This document shows, one piece after another, positions 21,163-33,500 of a stretch of 64,000 nt of DNA. The position numbers were made by a program, and so were the translations under genes. This DNA comes from Bacteroidota bacterium (lineage in GTDB: Bacteria > Bacteroidota > Bacteroidia > B-17B0 > Aurantibacillaceae): positions 112,475 to 176,474 of the forward strand of contig JANRJN010000018.1 of the NCBI GenBank assembly GCA_033763945.1, read 5' to 3'. Under the pieces are notes generated by a model. It saw only the letters and a list, made by a program, of their open reading frames with translations. It made no database searches and was not told the origin of the DNA. The first letter of the stretch is position 1. Each line of letters opens with the position of its first letter.

Positions 21163-23130
21163 ATGGTAAAAAAAATTAAACTTATTTTATTTTTGGTAAT
21201 TACGGCATCTTTCCTGAATGCTCAGGAAGGTTTGCGTCCAATGACCACTAACATAAATTACATTTATAAAGATTTAAAACAAAACTCTAAACTTGAAACT
21301 CAAGGCCAAATACAACTAACAGCAAAAACCACAGCTACAGCAAGTATTCAACTTCCTTTTATCGAAGATTTTTTTTATGGGCAATACAAAAATTATCCCG
21401 ACACTAGTCTTTGGCAAAGTAAAGACTCCTCAGTATACATAAACACTACCTATCCCATTGCCCCGCCAAGTATTGGCGTTGCAACCTTTGATGGCTTGAA
21501 TAAATTTGGTTATCCCTATCAACCTAATTTAATTAATATGACCTCTTCGCTGCCAGCCGATACCTTGACATCGAAAGCAATAAATTTATTAACCAAGGGT
21601 TCGCAAACCCTGCAAGTTTCTGACAGTGTTGCCTTGTCATTCTTTTATCAAGCTCGGGGAAATGGTGATAGCCCTGAAATAACAGATACTTTAATTGTAG
21701 ATTTTTATAATCCTGTTGCTTCAAAGTGGGTAAACAATGTTTGGTATCAACGTGGCAACTCTAGTTCCAATACTAATGATACTTTATTTAAACGTGCTTT
21801 TATCTGGATAGATAGTTCCTTTTATCTTAACGATGGCTTTAAATTTAGGTTTAGAAACAAGGCAACGGTTGCAGGTAATTTTGATCATTGGCATGTGGAT
21901 TATATTATGTTGGATAGGTTCAGGAGCAAGTTGGTTGATACAACTTATAATGACCTTACATTTGGTTATATACCAACACCTCTATTAAAAGATTATACTG
22001 AAATGCCTTGGTGGCAATATACCACTAATGATATGGCAGCAAAGAATACTGTTTTTATACGAAATAATGACGATTTCGCAATTTTTATGACTTATTCCAA
22101 TTCCGTTATTGCAGGAACCGTAACACCAACTAACATATATAATGGCGGTCAAACTAATTTGGGAGTATTTAAATATACAGGTTGGAACAATGCTTCCGTG
22201 CATTCTAATCCAACGTTCGGTTACACCATTTCTCCATTATCAGATAGTACTGATATAAAAGTTCAACATATTGTAGCTCGGGCGGGAGCCCCCAATGATT
22301 TTAGTAGTAGAAACGATACCGTTATTCAGCATCAATATTTTAAAAATTATTTTGCATACGACGATGGTACTTGTGAGCAAGGATACTATGTGTTAGGCCA
22401 AGGAGGGAAAATGGCTGTTAAGTTCAGTTTAAATTTTCAAGATACATTGCGTTCTGTTCGCATTTATTTTGATCCGGTAGGTTCTTTAAGTTCAGCCCAA
22501 ACGGATTATAAATTTAGAATTAATGTATGGGCAAATGGTGCTTTTGGTCCAGGTATTACGTTATACAGAGACAGTATTAAGTTGCCTAAATATTATAATA
22601 CGGCATTTAATACCTATGCCGATTATTCTTTAACTACCAAACAAGTGTTGAACCCTGGAACTTATTTTATTGGCATTCAACAACAAGTTGCAAGCGGTAT
22701 TACTGTTGGTTTTGATAGGAATTTAGATCATCATCAAAATCTGTATTACGATTCTGGAAGTGGCTGGACACAATCCGGGTATTATGGTTCATTAATGTTA
22801 CGCCCTGTTTTTGGCGCAAAAATTATACCCGCAGTTGGTATTAAAGAAAATGAAGTGAAAAATACAAATGAGTTCGCTGCTTTCCCTAATCCGGCAAACG
22901 AAATCATCAATTTAAAATTTGAAAAATTAAATCAAACCAGAAGTGTAAAAATAATAAATACACTGGGTCAAACTATTTACCAATCTTCAATTTCTAGCGT
23001 CACCCTGAGCGGAGTAGAAGGGTATCAATCGTCAATAAATGTAAGTCATTTACAAAACGGAATTTATTATTTAGTGGTGCAAACCGAAAATCAAAACCTG
23101 CAAACGCAAAAAATTATTATTCAGCATTAA
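21163..23130 (+). CDS. T9SS-secreted protein (type A C-terminal sorting domain)
   Basis: Signal peptide plus the C-terminal FPNPANEIINLKFE...IINTLGQTIYQS...LQNGIYYLVVQTENQ...QKIIIQH Por_Secre_tail pattern. Confidence 0.65.
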   Translation: MVKKIKLILFLVITASFLNAQEGLRPMTTNINYIYKDLKQNSKLETQGQIQLTAKTTATASIQLPFIEDFFYGQYKNYPDTSLWQSKDSSVYINTTYPIAPPSIGVATFDGLNKFGYPYQPNLINMTSSLPADTLTSKAINLLTKGSQTLQVSDSVALSFFYQARGNGDSPEITDTLIVDFYNPVASKWVNNVWYQRGNSSSNTNDTLFKRAFIWIDSSFYLNDGFKFRFRNKATVAGNFDHWHVDYIMLDRFRSKLVDTTYNDLTFGYIPTPLLKDYTEMPWWQYTTNDMAAKNTVFIRNNDDFAIFMTYSNSVIAGTVTPTNIYNGGQTNLGVFKYTGWNNASVHSNPTFGYTISPLSDSTDIKVQHIVARAGAPNDFSSRNDTVIQHQYFKNYFAYDDGTCEQGYYVLGQGGKMAVKFSLNFQDTLRSVRIYFDPVGSLSSAQTDYKFRINVWANGAFGPGITLYRDSIKLPKYYNTAFNTYADYSLTTKQVLNPGTYFIGIQQQVASGITVGFDRNLDHHQNLYYDSGSGWTQSGYYGSLMLRPVFGAKIIPAVGIKENEVKNTNEFAAFPNPANEIINLKFEKLNQTRSVKIINTLGQTIYQSSISSVTLSGVEGYQSSINVSHLQNGIYYLVVQTENQNLQTQKIIIQH

Positions 23131-24209
23131 TGGCAAATTTTGCAGACGAGGAAGAAGGGGAAGATTTTAATCTGGATGAAAGTCATAACCTATACGAACA
23201 TCACAATATTAAGGTAGATAAGGGGCAGGTAATGATGCGAATTGATAAATTCATATCTATTCGTATACCTAATACCACCCGAACAAAAATTCAAAATTCG
23301 TGTGAAGCAGGAAGTATTTTGGTGAATGGCAAGTCTGTAAAATCCAATTACCGCATAAAACCTTTTGATGAAATTTCTATAGTATTATCGGTGCCACCGC
23401 GAGATGTGGAAGTTGTACCTGAAAATATTCCTATTAACATTGTTTACGAAGATGAGTACATTGTTTTAGTAAATAAAGAACCCGGCATGGTTGTCCATCC
23501 CGGATATGGCAATTACAGAGGCACTTTGGTAAATGCACTTGCTTATCGCTTTCAAAACTTACCAAAAACTACTACAAAATTAAATAACGATTTATATTTA
23601 GAACGTCCAGGTTTGGTGCACCGTATCGATAAAAATACCTCTGGCATTATAATTATTGCTAAAACCGAAATGGCCATGATAAAATTAGCCAAAGAATTTT
23701 TTGACCGAACCATGCACCGTAAATATGTGGCTATTGTTTGGGGCGATTTGAAAGACGATACAGGCACCATTATCGGCAACGTTGGGCGTAACTTAAAAAA
23801 CCGTAAAGTAATGGATGTTTTTCCGCCGGATAGTGAACACGGAAAACATGCTGTAACACATTATAAGGTTTTGGAGCGTTTTGGTTATTTAACGTTTATT
23901 GAGTGTAAACTAGAAACAGGTCGTACTCATCAAATCAGAGTTCATTTTAAAAGCATCGGTCACCCCTTGTTTAACGATAATGAGTATGGTGGAGATATTG
24001 TTTTAAAGGGTATTAATAGTGCCAAGTATAAACAATTTATTCAAAATTGTTTTCAGTTAATGCCACGTCATGCCCTGCATGCCAAAGAATTAGGGATAAC
24101 TCATCCTAATACCGGTGAAAAATTATTTTTCGATAGCGATATTCCTAAAGATATGCAGGCCGTATTAGATAAATGGCGAAAGTTTTCAAAGGATAAATCT
24201 TTAGATTAA
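23130..24209 (+). CDS. rluD: RluA-family 23S rRNA pseudouridine synthase (RluD-like)
   Basis: S4-like N-terminus, catalytic LVHRIDKNTSGIIIIAK and GRTHQIRVH motifs. Confidence 0.85.
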   Translation: MANFADEEEGEDFNLDESHNLYEHHNIKVDKGQVMMRIDKFISIRIPNTTRTKIQNSCEAGSILVNGKSVKSNYRIKPFDEISIVLSVPPRDVEVVPENIPINIVYEDEYIVLVNKEPGMVVHPGYGNYRGTLVNALAYRFQNLPKTTTKLNNDLYLERPGLVHRIDKNTSGIIIIAKTEMAMIKLAKEFFDRTMHRKYVAIVWGDLKDDTGTIIGNVGRNLKNRKVMDVFPPDSEHGKHAVTHYKVLERFGYLTFIECKLETGRTHQIRVHFKSIGHPLFNDNEYGGDIVLKGINSAKYKQFIQNCFQLMPRHALHAKELGITHPNTGEKLFFDSDIPKDMQAVLDKWRKFSKDKSLD

Positions 24210-24353
24210 AACTTTTGAAATAGTTGTTTGATTGCGTTTATCAAGTAAACAATAACTAACAAGCAACACCTAAAATAGAATTAACAAAATTTACTAAAAA
24301 AATGTGTTGTGTGGCTTAGAAATTGCCGTATAATAAATTAAATTTGTATTACT

Positions 24354-26465
24354 ATGTCTACTTTAAAATCCATTTCATCTAAAATTACTAAAAAAGCGTT
24401 AATCGTTTTTAGTGTAGTTGTTTTATCCTCTTTTACATTCCTAAAATATTCATTTGATAAAAATGATGTCATTTTTGAATTAATGTTTGGCAGTCTTAAC
24501 CAAAACCATTACTCGCCGTTAAAGGTAGATGATGCTTTTAGCGAAAAGGTTTTTGACTTATACATTAAGCGAATAGATTACAGCAAAAAGTTTTTATTGC
24601 AATCCGATATTGATGAGTTAGCAAAATCGCGTAGAGATATTGATAACCAAATTTTAAACCAACGTCATGATTTTTATAAAAAATCCTTAGAGATTATAAC
24701 CCAACGCATAAAAGATAAAGAAAATTGGAGTAAAGAAATTTTATCAAAGCCCCTGGATTATAGCACCAATGAGGAGTATCAAACAGATGGTGAAAAGGCC
24801 ACTTATGCTAAATCGGAAGCAGAACTAAAAGCTGAGTGGAAAAAAATGATTACGTATCAGGTATTATCTCGAATTGATGATCAGTTAAATAGGCAAGAAA
24901 AAGCCATTGAAAAAAAGGACACTACCGTAAAAATTAAAATTTTCGATAGCATTGAAGTAGATGCCCGTCGTAAAACTTTAAAAGCGAACGAAGATTGGTT
25001 TAAACGTCTTTCTAAAATTTCTTCACGTGAGCGTTTCTCACAATTTGCAAATGCAGTTACCGGTGTTTATGATCCACACACCGAATATTTTGCGCCAAAA
25101 GAAAAGAAAAAATTCGATCAAAGTATGAGCGGACAGTTTGAAGGTATTGGGGCGCGTTTGCAATCTGTAGATGGTCTATTAAAAATAAGCGAAGTAATTC
25201 CGGGCAGTCCAAGTGCTAAACAAGGGGAGTTAAAGGCAGGTGATTTTATTTTAGCAGTGGCGCAAGGTACCGCAAGTTTTGTAGATATTACCAATATGGA
25301 TATGGAAGATGCCATTGATTTGATTAAAGGCAAAAAAGGTACCCAAGTTCGATTAAATGTAAAAAAACCCGATAATAGTTTAAAAGAAATTACCATTGAA
25401 AGAGATGTAATTGAAATTGAAGAAACCTTTGCAAAAAGTGCAGTATTAGACAATAAAAATAAAACAGGTTATATTTATTTGCCATCGTTTTACACTAATT
25501 TTTCTCGTTTAAACCCTAACGATGCACGTTATTGCTCAAAAGATATTCGTAAGGAAATTGAAAAATTAAAAAAGCAAAATATTAAAGGTTTAATTCTTGA
25601 TTTACGAGATAATGGCGGTGGTTCTTTACAAGAGGTGGTGGAGATGGCTGGTTTATTTTTTCCTAAGGGGCCTGTAGTTCAGGTACGTGGTAAAAGTGAT
25701 TCCCGCAATGTAATGGAAGATAAAAACCCGGATGTAGCTTGGGATGGTCCATTAGTAGTTATGATTAATCATAGCAGTGCTAGCGCCAGTGAAATTTTAG
25801 CCGCAGCCATTCAAGATTATAAACGCGGTGTAATTGTAGGCACACCAAGCTTTGGAAAAGGCACAGTGCAAAGTTTTGTTGAATTGGATTATTATTTGTT
25901 ACCTCAGTTTGATACAATTAAGCCGGTTGGTTCTATAAAAATTACCCAACAAAAATTTTACCGCATCAATGGTGGCGCCACCCAATTAAAAGGTGTTACA
26001 CCCGATGTTTTACTGCCAGACCCATACGAGTTTATTGATTTGGGCGAAAAAGAAATGGATAACCCAATGCCTTGGGACGAAATTAGTAAAGCCAATTACG
26101 AGGAATTTAAAACCATCAATTATCCTTTAGTTATAAAAAATAGTCAGCAACGTATTAAAAAAAGTACTCAGTTTGCTCTTGTAGATGCTCAAGCAAAAGA
26201 TGTTAAATCAAGAAAAGACGATACAAAGTATAGTTTAAATCTTGAAAAATTTAGAGCAGAACAAAAACAATTCCGCGAGCAAAATAAAAAATACGAAGAT
26301 TTAAGAAAAGAGATTAAAGGCTTTAATGCAAGTTTGTTAGATGAGGATATTGCCAAATTTGGCTCAGATACCAGTCGTGCAGGCCGTGAAACCAGATGGG
26401 CAAAAAATATAGCAAAAGATATTTACATTCATGAAGCCAACAATGTGCTTAATGATTTAAAATAG
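24354..26465 (+). CDS. Carboxy-terminal processing (tail-specific) peptidase, family S41
   Basis: PDZ region (GIGARLQ...ISEVIPGSPSAKQGELKAGDFILAV), then LDLRDNGGG and SASASEILAAAIQDYKRGVIVGTPSFGKGTVQ. Confidence 0.85.
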   Translation: MSTLKSISSKITKKALIVFSVVVLSSFTFLKYSFDKNDVIFELMFGSLNQNHYSPLKVDDAFSEKVFDLYIKRIDYSKKFLLQSDIDELAKSRRDIDNQILNQRHDFYKKSLEIITQRIKDKENWSKEILSKPLDYSTNEEYQTDGEKATYAKSEAELKAEWKKMITYQVLSRIDDQLNRQEKAIEKKDTTVKIKIFDSIEVDARRKTLKANEDWFKRLSKISSRERFSQFANAVTGVYDPHTEYFAPKEKKKFDQSMSGQFEGIGARLQSVDGLLKISEVIPGSPSAKQGELKAGDFILAVAQGTASFVDITNMDMEDAIDLIKGKKGTQVRLNVKKPDNSLKEITIERDVIEIEETFAKSAVLDNKNKTGYIYLPSFYTNFSRLNPNDARYCSKDIRKEIEKLKKQNIKGLILDLRDNGGGSLQEVVEMAGLFFPKGPVVQVRGKSDSRNVMEDKNPDVAWDGPLVVMINHSSASASEILAAAIQDYKRGVIVGTPSFGKGTVQSFVELDYYLLPQFDTIKPVGSIKITQQKFYRINGGATQLKGVTPDVLLPDPYEFIDLGEKEMDNPMPWDEISKANYEEFKTINYPLVIKNSQQRIKKSTQFALVDAQAKDVKSRKDDTKYSLNLEKFRAEQKQFREQNKKYEDLRKEIKGFNASLLDEDIAKFGSDTSRAGRETRWAKNIAKDIYIHEANNVLNDLK

Positions 26466-26543
26466 TATTTTGTTAATATTATAGTTTGTTAATCAAACTA
26501 ATAAACGAGTAACTTTACCTTAAACAATTTAAAACAAAAAATT

Positions 26544-27152
26544 ATGGCATTTGAATTACCAAAATTAAATTACGCTTTTAATGCGTTAGAACCACACATT
26601 GATGCTAAAACAATGGAAATACATCATGACAAGCATCACCAAGCTTATGTAACCAATTTAAACAATGCAATTGTAGGAACAGATGCTGAGAAATTAAGCA
26701 TTGAAGACATTTGCAAAAATATTTCAAAATACCCAATGCCAGTTCGTAACAATGGTGGCGGACATTTTAACCATACCTTGTTTTGGGAAATTATGGCACC
26801 CAATGCAGGTGGTGTTCCAACAAACGAAGTTGGTAAAGCTATTGAAGCAGAGTTAGGTGGCTTTGAAAAATTTAAAGCAGATTTTGCCGCCGCCGGAGCC
26901 ACTCGTTTTGGTAGCGGTTGGGCCTGGTTATGTGTTAAGTCTGATGGTAAATTGTGTGTATGTAGTACGCCTAATCAAGACAATCCATTAATGGATATTG
27001 CCGATTGTAAAGGCACACCAATTTTGGGAATGGATGTTTGGGAACATGCATATTATTTACATTATCAAAACCGTCGTCCGGATTATATCTCAGCATTTTT
27101 TAATGTTATTAATTGGACAAAAGTAAATGAACTGTATTTAAAAGCGAAGTAA
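26544..27152 (+). CDS. Fe/Mn superoxide dismutase
   Basis: [32 protein letters not shown]...DVWEHAYYL. Confidence 0.9.
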   Translation: MAFELPKLNYAFNALEPHIDAKTMEIHHDKHHQAYVTNLNNAIVGTDAEKLSIEDICKNISKYPMPVRNNGGGHFNHTLFWEIMAPNAGGVPTNEVGKAIEAELGGFEKFKADFAAAGATRFGSGWAWLCVKSDGKLCVCSTPNQDNPLMDIADCKGTPILGMDVWEHAYYLHYQNRRPDYISAFFNVINWTKVNELYLKAK

Positions 27153-27227
27153 TCTATATAACTTCGAGTAGCGAAGCGTATTGAAAAGCCTCGCTATTTC
27201 TAATTAGTTATTACATAATAAAAATTA

Positions 27228-27257
27228 AGCCTGATAATTATTATCAGGCTTTTTTTA
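27228..27257 (+). terminator. Rho-independent terminator
   Basis: AGCCTGATAA-tta-TTATCAGGCT forms a 10-bp stem, followed by seven T. Confidence 0.7.
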
Positions 27258-27290
27258 TTCTAATTAGTTTCAAAATCACTAATTACCCAC

Positions 27291-27331
27291 CAAGTAGTTT
27301 TACTTGATTTTTAGCAGGGAAAGTTACTTGA
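27291..27331 (+). promoter_or_regulatory. TACTTG-type operator-like repeats upstream of the giant adhesin gene
   Basis: Palindrome CAAGTAgtttTACTTG (27291-27306) and two TTACTTGA copies at 27300 and 27324, 24 bp apart. The same half-site recurs at 34.1, 36.8, 37.6 and 41.9 kb. Confidence 0.35.
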
Positions 27332-27590
27332 TGATCACTAAGTAAATTTATTATTACTAAAAAGTAGTTTAGGTAAACTAAAAGTAAATTAAAAATAAAA
27401 CACTAATAACAATGTTTTAATAGCCATACAACCTTGCAACTATAAATTTGTCTGATTGTAGAAACTATGATAAAACTTATAAAATCTTTCAGTACAAACC
27501 AAACAATCAGAGAAACAGTACTTATTTCTGTTTTGCTTTTTCTTATCTCATTATCTGCTATATATATCAATAAAACACAAATTTATTAAA

Positions 27591-30500
27591 ATGGAACAAA
27601 AGTCACTTTACCTTAAAAATCAATTCTTAAAAGTATTTATAATCGTTTTCTCTGTTTTAACATTTGTAAATCAAGCAAGTAGTCAAACAACAATAGTAAA
27701 TTATGATTTTAATTCTGGTGCTAGTTATGCTGCTCTAACTCCAACCTTAGCTTCTGGTATCTCATGTTCAGCGAGTTCATCGGAAGCGTTTGCAACTTTT
27801 GTTGGAACTGCATCAGGTGGTGGTGCTTTTTCGAGCAATCCAACTGCTGGAAATGCGGTTGCAATGAATAATTCAAGTGGCACAAATACACGTTTCTTTC
27901 AGTTTAGCTTAACGGGCGCCTCTTTAGTAAATTACAAAACGTTTAAGATTTATTTTCAGGCTCAGCGATCAGGAACAGGAGCGCAAACCATAACGGTTCA
28001 ATACAGCTTAAATGGCGGATCATACACGGCTTTTACCACAAATACAATGGCACCTGGCAACGGCTCGTTCAACCAAGCTACAATAAACCTGCCGATTGCT
28101 GTCGATAATCCAACAACATCTCTGGCGTTTAGGCTTTTTGCAAGTGGAGCTTCTGGTACTGGTACATTAAGGATAGATAATTTCCAAGTGCAAGGAGCAA
28201 ACGCGCCACCTTCATCAACAGTATTAATTACCGCGCAAGACCCAAACACTCCAAGTTCTGTTAATTGGGCTTTAGGAAGCTCTGATAATCAATTTTATTG
28301 GGCGGCCATTACCCCATCTGTTACCGCAGCTACTTTAAATTCAGTTACCGCAAATATGACAGGTAGTTACCTAGCGGCTGATATTGGTACAAATGGATTT
28401 AAATTATATTATTCTTCAGATTTTACTTTTGTTCCGGGTGGTGATGTTCTTTTAGGGCAACAATCTTCATCCACAGGAAACGGAGAAACTATTTCGTGGA
28501 CAGGATTAACACAAAATTTTGCGGCAGGTTCAACCGGCTACATTTATGCAACGGCCGATATAACCTCAACAGCAACAGTTGGTAATACCTTGGCAGGAGG
28601 TTTTACTGGGGATGCAAATATTGTATTTTCTCCTACGGTTACTTATAGTACCAGTAACTCTTACGGAGCAACTACAAATAAAGTATTTGCCATGTTGCCA
28701 ACCAACCCTTCAACGTTTAGTGTAAGTTGTTCCTCGGAGGCGAATATTAAGGTAGCCATGAATGCCCCAACAAGTGGAACAGTATTAGTATTTGCAAATA
28801 CGGGGACAACGTTTACTGCCCCTACTGGTTCGGGCACAAGTTTTACGGGTGCTAATAATAATTTTGCATTAGCAACTAATTATGCGGCAGTTGGCGGACG
28901 TTTAGTATACAGTGGTGCTGGTAGTAACTTTACAGTTACAGGGTTAACCTCAGGACAAACTTATAGTTTAATTGCGTATTCATATAGCGGTTCTAATTGG
29001 AGTTCGGGTACGGCAGTTATAACTGGTACCGCTATTACTCAACCTGTAACCGCAACTGTTGTAACGCCTAATTCTGGGCAATTACAATTATCTTGGACAA
29101 ATCCTTCATCTACCGCTTGTAATAATAATGTAATTGTTATAGCTCGTCAAGGCTCTCCTGTTGAAACAGCCATTAGTAAAACCAACTTTGACGGATTATT
29201 AAGTGATGCGGATTTTACGGGTGCTAATACTACTTGGACTCTAAATTCAAATACGAATGATGTTTTTGATTTAACCTTTTCATTAATTGGTACAGATAAC
29301 ACTAACTTTTTAGTGTATAAAGGCACTGGAAATTCGGTAACAATAGATGGTTTAACAAACGGCACACCTTATTTTTTTAGAATTTTTACCGTAGATGGAG
29401 TTGGTTCTGCAGCTAAATGGAGTGCAGCTGTTGATGCAAACGGAACTCCTGATGCGCCTGGGTATTATTGGAATGGAGGCAGTATATCGAGTATTCCGGC
29501 TGCCGGAGGAACAGCAACATGGGGTTTGGCAAATGCATGGAGGCAGCCTGGTCCTTCTGGTTCTCAAGCCACATGGACAGATGGGAATGCTGCTATTTTT
29601 TCTGGCACTGCAGGTGTGGTAACATTAGATGCAAGTAGGAGCGCAACTGGCTATTCCTTTAATACTTCAAGTTATACTCTGCAAACAACATCAAGTACCG
29701 CCGTAAATCTTACTGGACCAATAAGTATAGCAACAAACTTAGGACTAGTTTTGGCGCCTAATTTCCCTTCTACCACCTTTGGAACCATTGGTGTGGGAAC
29801 TATAAATGGAAGCGGAACTGCGTCTGTGACGATTTATGGGAACCCTTCTTCGAGTATCGAAAATAACAGAATTAATTTAGCTTCGGCTAATTCCACTATA
29901 AATGTGCCTACAAATATTTTAACAACTTCAGGAATTGGCATGGCAGGTTACGTTTCAACTTCTGTTGGAGGAGTAATTAATGGAAATATTACCAATAATT
30001 CCGGCTTACGAACAATGATAGGTGCCACAAGCGGTAATGATTTAACTGTAAATGGAACGATCAGTGGTTCATCTGGTCTGCAAATTTCAGCCGGTGCCAG
30101 TGGCGGAGCCGGTAGAATAATATTTAATAGTAATAGTAATTATGCAGGGCAAACTGTTTTTAACGCAGCTAATTCAGGTACAATTGTGCTTGGAACAAAT
30201 AACGCTTTCCCTAACTTAACAAATCTTACGATGGCATTTTCTTCAAGTAATGGTGGGATTTTTGATTTAAACGGTTTTAATCAAACTATAGGTAATATTG
30301 CCAACAATTCAGGAGGAGGTTCTATAACAAATAATAATTCCACAAACAATAGTACACTTACCATCACACAATCTACCCTTGGAACCTTTGCTAGACCTAT
30401 AACAGATGGCTCTTTCAGAAAACTTGCCATTTCAAAAAGTGGTACAAGTACATTAACATTAAATGGAAATGGATATGCTTTTTCTGGTGGGTTGTATGCA

Positions 30501-33500
30501 AATGCTGGTGAATTAAAATTTAATCCAAGTTCTTCCGCCTATACTTTGAGTTCATGTCCTGTTATTTTAAACGGTGGAGCATTTGCAACTAGTGGAATTT
30601 CAGCAAGTAGTGTAGCTAGTTTTTCAACAATGGGGTTAACTAATAATTCCGAAATTAAATTAGAATCGGTTAACTCTCACACCTTAAGTTTTGCAACAAG
30701 TTCTACTGTTATCTGGACGGCATCTAGAACACTTACAATTACAGGTTGGCAGGGTACTTATTCAACTAGTGCAGGCTCGCCAGGTACTGTAGGTAGGATT
30801 TTTGTTGGAACTTCAACAGTTGGTTTAACAAGTACACAATTAGATCAAATACGTTTTTTTGATGGGACAAATTATTTTGGTGCTATTCTTTTATCTGATG
30901 GCGAATTAGTACCCCGTTGTTCAGCTTCTGTAACTGCAGTAAGCAGCAATACACCCTGCGAAAATTCAGCATTAAATTTAAATGTAACAACAACGGTTTT
31001 GCCTTCTACGCCATCCTTTTCATTATCCTATGTATGGGCGGGTCCAAACTCGTTTACAGCAGCTATACAAAATCCTACGATAGCCTCTTTGCCATTTTCC
31101 GGGGCAGGGATTTATACTGTTACTGCAAGTAATATGTGTTCTTCTACAACTTCAACATTAAATGTTACGGTTATTCAAAATCCCACAATTGTTCCAATTT
31201 CAAGCTTTTCGGTTTGCGGTGGTAAAAATGTAACGGCAATTAACTTTACTACTAATCCGGTTGGACAAAATACCTCATGGTTTAATACCAATACTGCAAT
31301 TGGTTTAAGCGCCAGTGGCAGTGGTAATTTGCCGTCGTTTACCTCTTCAGTTGTAACTACACCACAAGTAGGTGTTATTCAAGTAACACCATTTACAGGT
31401 GGTTGCATTGGTGCATCTATGAATTTTAATATTACAGTAAATGGTCCACAAGCTTCAACAATATGGACAGGCGCAGTATCATCGTCGTTTTTTGACCCTG
31501 ATAATTGGACTAATTGCGTGTGTGGAGCAACAACTGATGCAACAATTGCCGCTGTCACTTCGCCAAGTTTTAATCCAATAATTACATCTACTGCTAATGT
31601 AAATAGTTTAACAATCGATCCTAGCGCTTCATTAAGTATATCTACTAATCAAACTTTAAACGTTAATGGTAATTGGACAAATGATGGTTCTTTTGATGCA
31701 CAAAACGGTTTGGTTAATTTTATGGGAACTTCTGCCCAAATTATTAATGGCGCTTCAACTAATACTTTTAATGATTTAACGCTTAATAACACAAGTGGTT
31801 TAACCTTATCTTCAAATACAAATGTTAGAGGCACTTTATTGTTAACTAATGGAACTTTTAATACTAACAATCAATTAACCCTTTATGCAGATGCAACTGC
31901 TTCGGGTAGAATAGGACAAATAAGTTCGGGCGCTGATATTATTGGTAATGTTAACGTGCAACAATATGCACAACCTGGAGCAACTGGTTGGGCCTTTTTG
32001 GGTTCTCCGGTTTTATCTGGACTAACTATGAATGATTGGGAAGATAATTTCGCTATTACCTGTCCTGCCTGTACTTATTCAACCGTAGGAGGAGTGCCAT
32101 TTACATCCATCTATTCGTATGACGAAACTGTAGCTGCAACTTCTTATAGTGATGCTGCAAAGTACATTGCCATTAACGCATCTACAGATCCAATTAATCA
32201 TGGCGTTGGTTATTGGGTTTGGTTAGGAGACGGGAATACAAATGGCATTATGTTTGATACCCAAGGGCCTATTGCAAAAAGTAATTGCAGCAGTTGTGGT
32301 AGTTCAACGGTTTCTATTCCAATTACAAAATCTACCAATAATGGTGGTGGAAACGATGGATGGAATTTAATAAGTAATCCTTTACCTTCGCCAATAAGCT
32401 TTTCGTTATTAATAAATAACGACCCAAATGTTAACCCAACACTTTATGCTTACAACACCGATTTAAATAGCGGTAATGGTGCCATGGCCACGTATGTGCC
32501 TGCAACGGGTATTTCTGCTCCGTCTATTGGCTCGGGAGGTATTGGGGATGCAATACCAATGTGCCAAGGGTTTTATGTTGAAGCAACGAATAATACAACA
32601 TTGCTGGCTGGAGAAAATATTAAGATAGCGTCCAATCAATCATTTTTAAAATCTGCAGCTACTAATACATTGCCATTACTTCGATTATTTATGAATAGCA
32701 CTGCTGGTAAACATGATGAAATTGCACTTTGTTTTGTAAATGGTGCTACCGCAGGTTTTGATGCTGTGTATGACGCTCGTAAATTTATTTCGGATGCAAC
32801 TTACCCTTCTTTAGCAGCTATGAGTGGTACAAACCAATTAAATATTACCGCCTTGCCAAGTTTGTTAAATGTTCCAAATCAAAGTGTACCATTAAATGCT
32901 ATCTCTCCTAATACAAGTGTATTTACCTTTAGTTTGAGTCAAGAGAATTTTACGGATGGGATTTGTGTAGAGTTAATTGATAATTTAACCAATACTACTA
33001 CTAATATTTTAACAACACCATACACATGCACCTTGTATGATACAACAACTTTTAATCGTTTTACGCTAAACTTTAAAACGCAGCCATTACCTGGTATAGC
33101 CAATGTAAATCAGCCAAGTTGTGTATTACCTAATAGTGGTAGCATAGTAGCCTCGGGTAGTGCCGGTGCGCCTTGGAATTACGTTTGGAAAAACAGTAGC
33201 AACGTCATTGTAAAAACCTCGTTAAACGTAAGCGGCGCTGATAGCCTTGTGTCGTTAAATGGTGGTACTTATTTTGTTTCTGTAAATTCGGTAGGTACTT
33301 GTAATACGTTTACGCAATCATTGTCGGTAAACCCTGTGGTGTTGCCAACTTCGCAGTTTAACGCCAGTTCCGATACGGTATATTTATCAAGTGGGGCTTT
33401 TGTAAACTTTACCAATACTTCAAGCAACGCTACCAATTATTTTTGGAATTTTGGTGATGGTAATTCTTCTTCCATGATAAATCCTATTAATAGTTATTCA

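Noticed and set aside
27998-31870. Short ORFs inside or antisense to the giant adhesin gene (27998-28249, 29147-29365, 29352-29567, 29395-29622, 30917-31132, 31649-31870)
   Set aside because: They are embedded in a continuous 6.3 kb ORF with coherent repeat and domain structure, so they are typical shadow ORFs.
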